In this document: positions 31,055-39,018 of the stretch, in pieces
Numbering within the stretch: position 1 is the first letter of the stretch
Layout: each line of letters opens with the position of its first letter
Assembly (NCBI GenBank): GCA_963666205.1
Contig: OY762654.1
Coordinates: 32,001-96,000, forward strand
Reading direction: 5' to 3'
Length of the DNA: 64,000 bases
Source of the DNA: Synergistales bacterium
GTDB lineage: Bacteria > Synergistota > Synergistia > Synergistales > JAFGMB01
Translations under genes and position numbers: made by a program
The notes under the pieces: generated by a model
Database searches by the model: none
Seen by the model: the letters and a program-made list of their open reading frames with translations, nothing else
Told to the model about the DNA's origin: nothing

Positions 31055-31872
31055 GGATTTTAAGTCTCTTTGATCTTCCTGAAAAAAGGGAAGTATATAT
31101 TTCCTATGTTTCTAAAGATTCTCGGGACATGGGATTAGTTAATGGAATACCTACCCGTATTATGGCTGTACAGCCAGGAGGAGATAGACTGGAATCAGGA
31201 AATACCCTCTACATCACTCTTCCACAGATCTTAGATGCAAAGAAAGGATACTTTCTTTGCGTGAAAAGTGATGATACTATCCTTAAAATAAAAGAGATAA
31301 AGGAAGCAACTCTTGACTTATCAGTCGTAAAAGCTGGTTTTATTGAAGTTTCAAAGCAAGTAAGTATACTTCGTCCCATGAGTGTAGGTATCCTTACCGT
31401 AAGCGATAAGGGTAGCAGGGGAGAACGTATCGATACAGCAGGCCCTGCACTTGCTGAAGAAGCTATTTCACTAGGTTCTGACGTAATTGTTCAAAAGATC
31501 GTACCAGATGAGAAAGAAGAGATCATTTCTACATTAACAGAATGGACTGATTCTCTGAATATTAACCTTGTACTGCTAACTGGGGGGACCGGACTTTCAC
31601 CAAGGGATATAACTCCTGAAGCATTGAAATCTCTGGCTCATAAAGAAGTTCCAGGTTTTGGGGAAAAAATGAGAATGCAGACATCTACAATAACCGAAAG
31701 AGCAATACTATCGAGATCTCTTGCTGTAACAAGAGAGAAGACGCTATTAATAGCCCTTCCAGGAAGCCATAAAGGGGCTGTTGAATGTTTTCAGGCTATT
31801 GCTCCTGTTGTTCGTCATGCTGTTGAGATTATCTGTGGTTGGAGTGGGCCATGTGGTTCTTCCCATTCCTGA
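31051..31872 (+). CDS. mogA: Molybdopterin adenylyltransferase (MogA/MoaB family) with ~110-aa N-terminal extension
   Basis: ILTVSDK, DTAGP, TGGTGLSPRDITPEA, PGFGE, ILSR, LPGS. Confidence 0.88.
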   Translation: MRILSLFDLPEKREVYISYVSKDSRDMGLVNGIPTRIMAVQPGGDRLESGNTLYITLPQILDAKKGYFLCVKSDDTILKIKEIKEATLDLSVVKAGFIEVSKQVSILRPMSVGILTVSDKGSRGERIDTAGPALAEEAISLGSDVIVQKIVPDEKEEIISTLTEWTDSLNINLVLLTGGTGLSPRDITPEALKSLAHKEVPGFGEKMRMQTSTITERAILSRSLAVTREKTLLIALPGSHKGAVECFQAIAPVVRHAVEIICGWSGPCGSSHS

Positions 31873-31886
31873 AGGAGTGATCGGTT

Positions 31887-32774
31887 ATTAACCTGGAGAG
31901 TGGAAAAGTCAGCAACTGTGTCATAATTACAGGAATGTCAGGGGCCGGAAAATCTGCCACCCTGAACATACTTGAAGACCAGGGACTATTTGCCATTGAT
32001 AATATCCCTCCTTCTCTTCTTCCTCAACTTCTGAATGTCCTGTCAAGACACAGATCTGCTGTTCAGAATGGGGTTGTTGCAGTTGTCGATATCAGGGGAG
32101 GGGATCTCCTCAGCGACCTTGTTTCTGTTCAGGAGAACCTTAGGGAACAGTTAAATTCTGTGAAGGTAATCTTTCTGGATGCTTCAGATGAAATCCTCGT
32201 AAGAAGGTTCAGTGAAACCAGAAGAAACCATCCCCTGGGGCAGAATGTTCCCATACTAGAGGGTATAAGAAGGGAACGAAATCTGTTGTGTCCTGTTCTG
32301 GAACGTGCCGATATCGTTCTGGATACCTCTGATCTTTCACTAAAGGTTCTCAGGCAGAAACTCATTGAACAACTCAGTGACACATCTGGGAAATCTGCTA
32401 TTCTGTTTACATCCTTCGGATTTAAATTTGGCGTTCCCCAGGATTGTGATTTTATCATTGATGTCAGATTCCTTCCCAATCCTCATTACATTCCTGCATT
32501 AAGACAATTTTCAGGGAAAGATCCCAGTGTTCAGGAGTATATTAGATCCTTTCCTGAAACAAGGGGATTTCTCGAGAGATTTATTGAGCTCCTTGATTAC
32601 ATATTACCTATCTATGGCAACACGGGCAAACCTCAATTACATTTTGCGGTCGGATGTACCGGTGGGAGACATCGATCTGTAGCTGTAGCCGAGTGGTTGG
32701 GGGCATACTTTAACTCACCAGATGTTCAATGCGTTGTTATGCATAGAGATATTGAGAGAGATCAGGTGTTCTAG
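31887..32774 (+). CDS. rapZ: RapZ/YvcJ P-loop nucleotide-binding protein; start probably non-canonical
   Basis: IITGMSGAGKS, IDNIPP, DIRG, RRFSETRRNHP, SFGFKFG, DVRFLPNP, GCTGGRHRS. The conserved first strand lies upstream of the first in-frame ATG (31935). Confidence 0.93.
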   Translation: MNLESGKVSNCVIITGMSGAGKSATLNILEDQGLFAIDNIPPSLLPQLLNVLSRHRSAVQNGVVAVVDIRGGDLLSDLVSVQENLREQLNSVKVIFLDASDEILVRRFSETRRNHPLGQNVPILEGIRRERNLLCPVLERADIVLDTSDLSLKVLRQKLIEQLSDTSGKSAILFTSFGFKFGVPQDCDFIIDVRFLPNPHYIPALRQFSGKDPSVQEYIRSFPETRGFLERFIELLDYILPIYGNTGKPQLHFAVGCTGGRHRSVAVAEWLGAYFNSPDVQCVVMHRDIERDQVF

Positions 32775-33917
32775 ATGGACTGGAAGATCGGTTTTGTTCT
32801 GGGTTGTTTATTTGCTTTTATTCTGACATCTCTCTTTCAGAGCACTTTGTTGTCAAAAAAGCGGAGAAAAAATCAGACGAACAATCCTGTTACCAGAAAA
32901 CTGCGGGAGAGACTTGTGATGTCTAACGCTGTCGATTTCAGACTCTCTATGGGTCCTTCAATTGTTGTCCTGGGAGGGGGAACGGGTCTTGCTTCTCTTT
33001 TAACCGGTTTAAAATGCTTTACCAGGAATATTACCGCTGTAGTTACTGTAACTGATGAAGGAGGCAGTTCTGGAAGGCTGAGGCAGGAATGGGGCCTTCT
33101 TCCTCCTGGGGATATCCGAAACTGTGTTGTAGCGTTAGCTGAGAATGATAATGAGTTAAGTCAGATATTAGATTTCAGGTTCGACAAAGGAGAACTTAAA
33201 GGTCATAGTCTTGGGAATCTGATATTACTTGCTGTAACTGAACTTGCAGGTGATTTCCGACTTGGTGTGGACAAAATGAATAATCTTCTTGCTATTCGGG
33301 GAAGAGTTGTTCCAATGACTACAGAACCTGTCAGCCTGGCAGCGCGTACCTGTTCAGGAGATATGGTCCGAGGCGAGCTTCGTATTTCAAGGATCGGTTC
33401 TGAAATTGAAGAAATATGGCTTGAGCCCAGAGATGCAAACCCTGAAAGAGAAGTACTCCGGGCGATTGAAGAGGCTGATCTAATCGTGCTTGGTCCCGGA
33501 AGCCTTTTCACAAGTGTCATTCCAAATCTTTTGCTAGAAAAGGTTTCGGAGCGTCTTTGCAGTTCCAGAGTTCCGGTTGTATATGTTTCAAATCTTATGA
33601 CACAGCCAGGTGAAACTGATGATTTTACCATTCTGGACCATATCAACTGGATTTCCAGGGCAATGGGAAGAAACCCGGATTCTGTTATTGTTAATGATGG
33701 TATTATTCCTGAAGATGTACTTTCACTTTATAATGAACAGGGTGCCAGCCCTTTGTATCTAGATAATGAACAGGCTGGTGATCTTGAAATAAAAGGGATC
33801 TCAGTTATTGGAGCTGAACTTTTTAAAATATCTGGAGAAGGTGTTATCCGACATAATGGTCTTTCTCTGTCCGAGATTCTTATGAAAATCTGTAGGGAAA
33901 ATTCAGAGGTTCTATAA
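32775..33917 (+). CDS. yvcK: Gluconeogenesis factor YvcK/GlmR (CofD-like) with N-terminal TM
   Basis: GGGTGL, VTVTDEGGSSGRLR, PPGDIRN, GHSLGNL, GPGSLFTS, NLMTQPGET. Confidence 0.93.
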   Translation: MDWKIGFVLGCLFAFILTSLFQSTLLSKKRRKNQTNNPVTRKLRERLVMSNAVDFRLSMGPSIVVLGGGTGLASLLTGLKCFTRNITAVVTVTDEGGSSGRLRQEWGLLPPGDIRNCVVALAENDNELSQILDFRFDKGELKGHSLGNLILLAVTELAGDFRLGVDKMNNLLAIRGRVVPMTTEPVSLAARTCSGDMVRGELRISRIGSEIEEIWLEPRDANPEREVLRAIEEADLIVLGPGSLFTSVIPNLLLEKVSERLCSSRVPVVYVSNLMTQPGETDDFTILDHINWISRAMGRNPDSVIVNDGIIPEDVLSLYNEQGASPLYLDNEQAGDLEIKGISVIGAELFKISGEGVIRHNGLSLSEILMKICRENSEVL

Positions 33918-34853
33918 ATGCAGAAATTTGCTAATTTAATGTGGGATGAATGGATAACATCCCTTCCGGAAAGGGCGGTTGAAGAGGCAGAAGCAGAAAG
34001 CTCCGGGATAATGGGCAGTCTGTATCCGGCCTTTTCATCAAGGAATGTCAGCCTCAGAAGCAGCAGACTCTGGGTATTCAGAAGGCTGAGAAGGATATGG
34101 CCCATGACATCGTGGTCATCTGTGATCGATCTTGCAAGCATGCTCAGGATTCCAAGGGAGATGAAAGGGAAAGTTGCTTTAGACCTTCCAAGGGATCTGT
34201 ACCAGATTGTAGTAGATGAAAGGAAGAATGTCCTATCGGGCAGAAATGCCTGGTTCTGGCTTAGAGGAGTATGGGGTAACACCGGATCCCTATATTTACC
34301 TAAGGGCGGTCATTACATGCTTTTCCGCTCACTTGACAAAGATCTGATTGAGGATATCAATAATTTCCTGTTAAAGAATAATATCAAAGTAAGTCAAAGA
34401 CAGAAAAATGGATATAATGAAAGTATTTTAAGAGATCAGGATCTTATCGTTACACTTCTCACAAGATTCAGACTCTACAATTCGTCGCTGGTACTTGAGC
34501 AGCGTACCATGATTCGGGCTATGAGAGACAGGGCTAATAAACTGGTAAATTGTGACGGTGCCAATATACGTAAAAGTCTTGAAGCGGCTCAAAAACAGAT
34601 AGAGATTGCCACAAGTCTTAAAGATAAAGGGATTTACGAGGATCTCCCAAAGGCATTGCAGGAAATGATAGATCTTAGATTGAAGTATCCAAGTTCGACC
34701 CTTACTGAGCTGGGACAGTTCGTAGAAAAGCCTGTAAGTAAAAGCACTGTCAAGTACAGATGGAAAAAACTTCAATTGCTGGCAGATCAGTTGTCCAGTA
34801 ATTTCAAGTTCAGCAACATTAAACCAGAAATATCTAGGGGTCGCAGAATGTAA
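33918..34853 (+). CDS. whiA: DNA-binding protein WhiA
   Basis: WLRGVW...GSL..PK, NKLVNCDGANI, LRLKYPSSTLTELG, VSKSTV; rapZ-yvcK-whiA synteny. Confidence 0.9.
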   Translation: MQKFANLMWDEWITSLPERAVEEAEAESSGIMGSLYPAFSSRNVSLRSSRLWVFRRLRRIWPMTSWSSVIDLASMLRIPREMKGKVALDLPRDLYQIVVDERKNVLSGRNAWFWLRGVWGNTGSLYLPKGGHYMLFRSLDKDLIEDINNFLLKNNIKVSQRQKNGYNESILRDQDLIVTLLTRFRLYNSSLVLEQRTMIRAMRDRANKLVNCDGANIRKSLEAAQKQIEIATSLKDKGIYEDLPKALQEMIDLRLKYPSSTLTELGQFVEKPVSKSTVKYRWKKLQLLADQLSSNFKFSNIKPEISRGRRM

Positions 34854-34948
34854 AATCAAACAGTGCTTATCTCGTTTTTGCTTCACAGCCTGAAATTGCA
34901 TAATCAAACTAAAGATTATGATCCAATAATATAGGAGGATAATGAACA

Positions 34949-35974
34949 ATGGGAAAAACAAGAATTGCGATCAATGGTTTTGGCAGAATAGGAAGGCTTG
35001 TCCTTCGTTCTCTTTGTCAATACGATAAAGAGGGTCTTCTTGAAGTAGTTGCAGTCAATGATCTTACAAGTGCTGAACAAAGGGCATATCTCCTGAAATA
35101 TGATTCCGTACACAGAAAATTTCCGGGAGACGTAAGTTTTGATGACGAAAACATCTATGTAGATGGGAATGCGATAAAAGTGCTTTCAGTAAGAAACCCG
35201 GAAGACCTACCATGGAAAGAGATGGGCGTGGATCTTGTTATAGAATCAACAGGCCTTTTTACAAACACAGAAAAGGCTCGTGCTCATATTGAAGCTGGAG
35301 CAAAAAAGGTTGTTATATCAGCACCCGGTACGGGAGATGGCCTATGTACAATAGTTATGGGAGTTAATGAAAGTGCTTATGATCCCAGCCTTCATGACAT
35401 AATTTCCAATGCATCATGTACAACGAACTGCCTGGCCCCGGTGGTAAAAGTCCTCCATGAGGAAATCGGGATAGTTAAGGGACTAATGACTACGACCCAT
35501 GCCTATACAAATGATCAGAGCATTGTTGATGCATGTAATAAGAAATTCCACAGGGGCAGAGCCGCCTCCCTTTCAATGATACCAACATCCACAGGTGCAG
35601 CCCAGGCTATATGTCAGGTTATTCCAGAACTGGATGGCAAACTTAACGGTCTTGCTGTAAGGGTTCCTACTCCCGATGTTTCTGCAGTTGATCTCGTTGT
35701 CGAACTTTCCAGGTCTGTTACCAAGGGAGAGGTTAACGAAATATTCAAAAGAATATCAACTTCGGAAATGGGCAAATATCTTGGATATGAGGAGGAAGAT
35801 CTTGTTTCTATGGATTTTGTAGGAGATGAACGTTCTTCGATCTTTGCTGCCAGACATACTATGGTTGTTGATAACATGGTTAAAGTTCTCGCATGGTATG
35901 ATAATGAATGGGGATATTCCTGCAGAGTTGTTGATCTTGTTAACCATATTGTTAAGGTCGGACTGGAGAAATAA
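34949..35974 (+). CDS. gap: Type I glyceraldehyde-3-phosphate dehydrogenase
   Basis: INGFGRIGR, SNASCTTNCLAP, RVPTPDVS, WYDNEWGYS. Confidence 0.98.
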   Translation: MGKTRIAINGFGRIGRLVLRSLCQYDKEGLLEVVAVNDLTSAEQRAYLLKYDSVHRKFPGDVSFDDENIYVDGNAIKVLSVRNPEDLPWKEMGVDLVIESTGLFTNTEKARAHIEAGAKKVVISAPGTGDGLCTIVMGVNESAYDPSLHDIISNASCTTNCLAPVVKVLHEEIGIVKGLMTTTHAYTNDQSIVDACNKKFHRGRAASLSMIPTSTGAAQAICQVIPELDGKLNGLAVRVPTPDVSAVDLVVELSRSVTKGEVNEIFKRISTSEMGKYLGYEEEDLVSMDFVGDERSSIFAARHTMVVDNMVKVLAWYDNEWGYSCRVVDLVNHIVKVGLEK

Positions 35975-37164
35975 TGAAAATTCGTCAATTGACGAAAGAA
36001 GTTGCCGAAGACAAGAAGGTACTCGTCAGGGTTGATTTCAATGTGCCCTTAAAGGATGGGAAAGTCACTGATGATACAAGAATCAGAGCTCATCTGGATA
36101 CCATAAATCTTCTCAATCATGCAGGAGCAAAGATAGCCCTGGTATCCCATCTTGGGAGGCCAAAGGGGCAGTTCTGCGATTCTCTCTCCATGAAGGTTAT
36201 CCGATCTGAGGTTCAGAATGTAATGGGTCTTAATGTTGTTCTTTCTGGAGAGTGTTATGGGAGAAAAATAAATAAAGCTCTGAATGATCTGAAATCAGGA
36301 GAGATCCTTCTTCTTGAAAATGTGCGCTTTTATCCAGAAGAGAAGAGTAATGATAAGAACTTTGCTGCAGAAATGGCATCCCCCTTTGATATCTTTGTAA
36401 TGGATGCCTTCAGTGCATCACACAGAGCTCATGCTTCCACAAATGCTATTCAGATGTATCTACCCTCCTATGCGGGCCTTTTAATGGCAAAAGAAGTGGA
36501 AATGCTGAGTGCAGTCAGTTCTGCTCCAAAGGAACCATTCATTCTTATTTTGGGTGGAGCAAAGGTTTCTGATAAAATCGGGGTAATCGAGAATCTTATG
36601 AAAAAAGCTTCTGCTATCCTGATTGGCGGCGGTATGGCCTATACCTTCCTGAAGGTCAAGGGCAACCCCATTGGTAATTCTCTTTTTGATGCAGAGAAAG
36701 CCGAATTTGCAGGAAAGATGCTTGTTAAAGCAATGAAACTTGGTGTTGATATTGTTCTACCCACAGATACAATCGTTGCTGAAGGACCACGATCATCCAA
36801 AGGTGAAAATGTTCGCATTGATTCTATCCCTGAACATTTAATGGGCCTTGATATAGGTAAGGGGTCTGTTGAAATCTTCAGAAATTATATTGAAAATGCC
36901 AAAACTATTCTCTGGAATGGGCCAATGGGGGTCTTTGAAGAGGATGCTTTTTCGATGGGGACGCGAGAAATTGGACAAATAGTGGTAAAGGCAACCGAAA
37001 TGGGAGCCCTTTCAGTTGTAGGTGGTGGAGATACTGCCGCAGCTGTTAAGAAGTTCGGTCTGGCAGACAGGGTCAGCCATGTTTCCACTGGCGGAGGGGC
37101 AAGCCTTGAATTCTGCGAGGGTAAAGTACTCCCGGGAATAGCTCCATTATTATTGGAACAGTAG
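35974..37164 (+). CDS. pgk: Phosphoglycerate kinase
   Basis: RVDFNVP, SHLGRP, GGAKVSDK, WNGPMGVFE, HVSTGGGASLE. Confidence 0.98.
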   Translation: MKIRQLTKEVAEDKKVLVRVDFNVPLKDGKVTDDTRIRAHLDTINLLNHAGAKIALVSHLGRPKGQFCDSLSMKVIRSEVQNVMGLNVVLSGECYGRKINKALNDLKSGEILLLENVRFYPEEKSNDKNFAAEMASPFDIFVMDAFSASHRAHASTNAIQMYLPSYAGLLMAKEVEMLSAVSSAPKEPFILILGGAKVSDKIGVIENLMKKASAILIGGGMAYTFLKVKGNPIGNSLFDAEKAEFAGKMLVKAMKLGVDIVLPTDTIVAEGPRSSKGENVRIDSIPEHLMGLDIGKGSVEIFRNYIENAKTILWNGPMGVFEEDAFSMGTREIGQIVVKATEMGALSVVGGGDTAAAVKKFGLADRVSHVSTGGGASLEFCEGKVLPGIAPLLLEQ

Positions 37165-37187
37165 ATAAAAAAAGAAGAGCACGATCT

Positions 37188-37221
37188 AAAAAAAGGAACG
37201 GCGAAAAGCCGTTCCTTTTTT
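37188..37221. terminator. Symmetric terminator-like hairpin between pgk and tpiA
   Basis: AAAAAAAGGAACGGC-GAAAA-GCCGTTCCTTTTTT. Confidence 0.8.
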
Positions 37222-37250
37222 AAAGATACTTTTGGAAGAGGTGTTGCACG

Positions 37251-38054
37251 ATGGAAAAGATCTACCTTTATGGGAACTGGAAGATGTATAAGGGGATCGA
37301 ACAGTCAGAAAACTTCATTAATGATCTGAGCAAATACATGGAGAATCATCTCTGGCTTCGAGAGATGTTGAAGAACGATCGCCTTGAAATCGGACTTTTC
37401 CCTTCATTCACATCCCTTGCTTCAGCCCGGAAAGTTTTGACTTCCAAAGGTCTGGATAAAATGAATGTACATATTGGAAGCCAGAACTGTCATTATGAAG
37501 AAACAGGCGCTTTTACAGGAGAAATATCCTGGTCAATGCTCAATGAAATTGATTGTAATTACAGTCTCATCGGCCATAGTGAAAGACGACACATTTTTGG
37601 GGAATCTGATGAGTTGATAAGTCTAAAAGTAAGGTCAGCTCTTGATCATGGGATCATACCTGTTCTCTGTTGTGGAGAAACCCTGGAGGAGAGGGAAAAT
37701 GGAGAAACCGAGAGGGTGGTGGCACGCCAGATCTCAACTGCTTTAAAAGATCTGAATAATAATATGACAATTGTAGGAAATATCATTTATGCATATGAAC
37801 CTGTATGGGCAATCGGAACAGGACGTTCAGCGATGCCTGAAGATGCACAAGATGTCTGTCGATATACAAGAAAGTGTATTTCGTCGGTCTTGGGAGAAAA
37901 ACACTCAGGAAATGCAAAGATCCTTTATGGAGGAAGCGTTAAATCTTCAAATGCAGAATCTCTCTTGAACCAGTCAGATATAGATGGAGTTCTTGTGGGG
38001 GGAGCTTCACTCCAAGTCGATTCATTTCTCGATATAGTAAAACCCTTCGCATAA
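37251..38054 (+). CDS. tpiA: Triosephosphate isomerase
   Basis: GNWKM, GAFTGE, GHSERR, AYEPVWAIGTG, LYGGSV, DGVLVGGASL. Confidence 0.98.
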   Translation: MEKIYLYGNWKMYKGIEQSENFINDLSKYMENHLWLREMLKNDRLEIGLFPSFTSLASARKVLTSKGLDKMNVHIGSQNCHYEETGAFTGEISWSMLNEIDCNYSLIGHSERRHIFGESDELISLKVRSALDHGIIPVLCCGETLEERENGETERVVARQISTALKDLNNNMTIVGNIIYAYEPVWAIGTGRSAMPEDAQDVCRYTRKCISSVLGEKHSGNAKILYGGSVKSSNAESLLNQSDIDGVLVGGASLQVDSFLDIVKPFA

Positions 38055-38088
38055 CAGTATTTTACCGGCTGACAAATATCCCTAAATT

Positions 38089-38144
38089 TCAAGAGTCTCC
38101 CTGTGTATGATTACTGACCAGAGAGGCTCTTGACGATTCTTTTT
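38089..38144 (+). terminator. Probable tpiA terminator
   Basis: TCAAGAGTCTC / GAGGCTCTTGA stem (one G-U pair) followed by TTCTTTTT. Confidence 0.6.
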
Positions 38145-38205
38145 GACGCTCCCTGAAACTAATTCTTCTAATGATAAAAGCATATATATTGAATAATAAA
38201 GAACA

Positions 38206-38233
38206 ACGCAACATAAGATATATTATAGGACAT
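38206..38233 (-). other. Candidate chromosomal dif site (XerC/XerD recombination site)
   Basis: Minus strand ATGTCCTATAA-TATATC-TTATGTTGCGT: 11-6-11 layout with ATAA-N6-TTAT inner palindrome; 20/28 identical to B. subtilis dif; intergenic, at the gene-orientation switch. Confidence 0.8.
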
Positions 38234-38298
38234 AAGAAAAACTCGTATTCCACTCCTCCCAATTGCATGTCTGTGTAAAACGCTGGATTTTAAAATGT

Positions 38299-38493
38299 CT
38301 AATTCAATCCCTGCAACTGGCCGGTAAGTACCGTGTTTCCATAACCATGTAAATTCCTGCTGAGTGAAAAGTTTTTAAACTTCGAGTCTTTCTGTGTGGG
38401 TCCCCTCTGGATTTCAATGACACCATTCATCGATTATTTCCCCTGGTTATTGTAGATGTAGGATTTTCCACATTTCTGGACACGTATCTTCAT
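38299..38493 (-). pseudogene. Possible decayed AbrB/MazE-family antitoxin remnant
   Basis: One frame reads MKIRVQKCGKSYIYNNQGK*SMNGVIEIQ...FSLSRNLHG...; resembles the MazE VQKWGNS N-terminus and ENLHG C-terminal motif; internal TAA at 38434-38436. Confidence 0.4.
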
Positions 38494-39018
38494 TGGTTTT
38501 ATGAATTTTGTTCCAGTCTTCTGAACGCCGTTTCCTTTTCCATCAAAATTATTTCAAACGTAATCATTTTTTATCCCCTTCATGGACAGTTCCTTTCAAG
38601 ATCCTTTTTCTTGATTATTGTTGGATCAATTTACCCTTTTCTTTATCTCTCCATTCCATTTTTACGCGATATTAACTGGATCTGCACTGTCGTCAACGGT
38701 GAGATGTTCTGTATACATAAAAGTTGCGTTTCTTATAGCACACTTTAGAATTTCGACAATAGAGATAGGTAACAGAAAAAGCAAACTCTAAAAAAGGTTT
38801 CATGGATCTCCAGGAAAGGAAATTAAGAAAATGTTTCAGCCGGTTATTCTGACAGTTTTTTCTGAAATCTGTTAATATAATTCTATATTGAATTCTACTA
38901 TTTCTGATCTTCATACACTTAATCTTATGATAATCCTGAAAAACAAATAAAAATGATCTATTTCCCAGTCCAAACAAGTACTTGACAAAGAGGCAATTCT
39001 GACAGGAGGTGTACTTCC

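Noticed and set aside
33728-34961. 184-aa and 177-aa minus-strand ORFs
   Set aside because: Antisense to yvcK/whiA; no motifs.
38089-38268. 59-codon hydrophobic minus-strand ORF (MQLGGVEYEFFLCPIIYL...) and a nested 21-codon ORF, considered as a type I toxin
   Set aside because: No properly spaced RBS, they run through the dif site and tpiA terminator, and AT-richness explains the hydrophobicity.
38499-38977. 22-codon ORF with RBS (MITFEIILMEKETAFRRLEQNS) and 94-aa minus-strand ORF 38693-38977
   Set aside because: No recognisable similarity; may be decayed coding DNA, but unsupported as genes.
38982-38987. Perfect TTGACA upstream of the antitoxin
   Set aside because: The position 17 nt downstream falls in the RBS, not a -10 box, so it is not called as a promoter.
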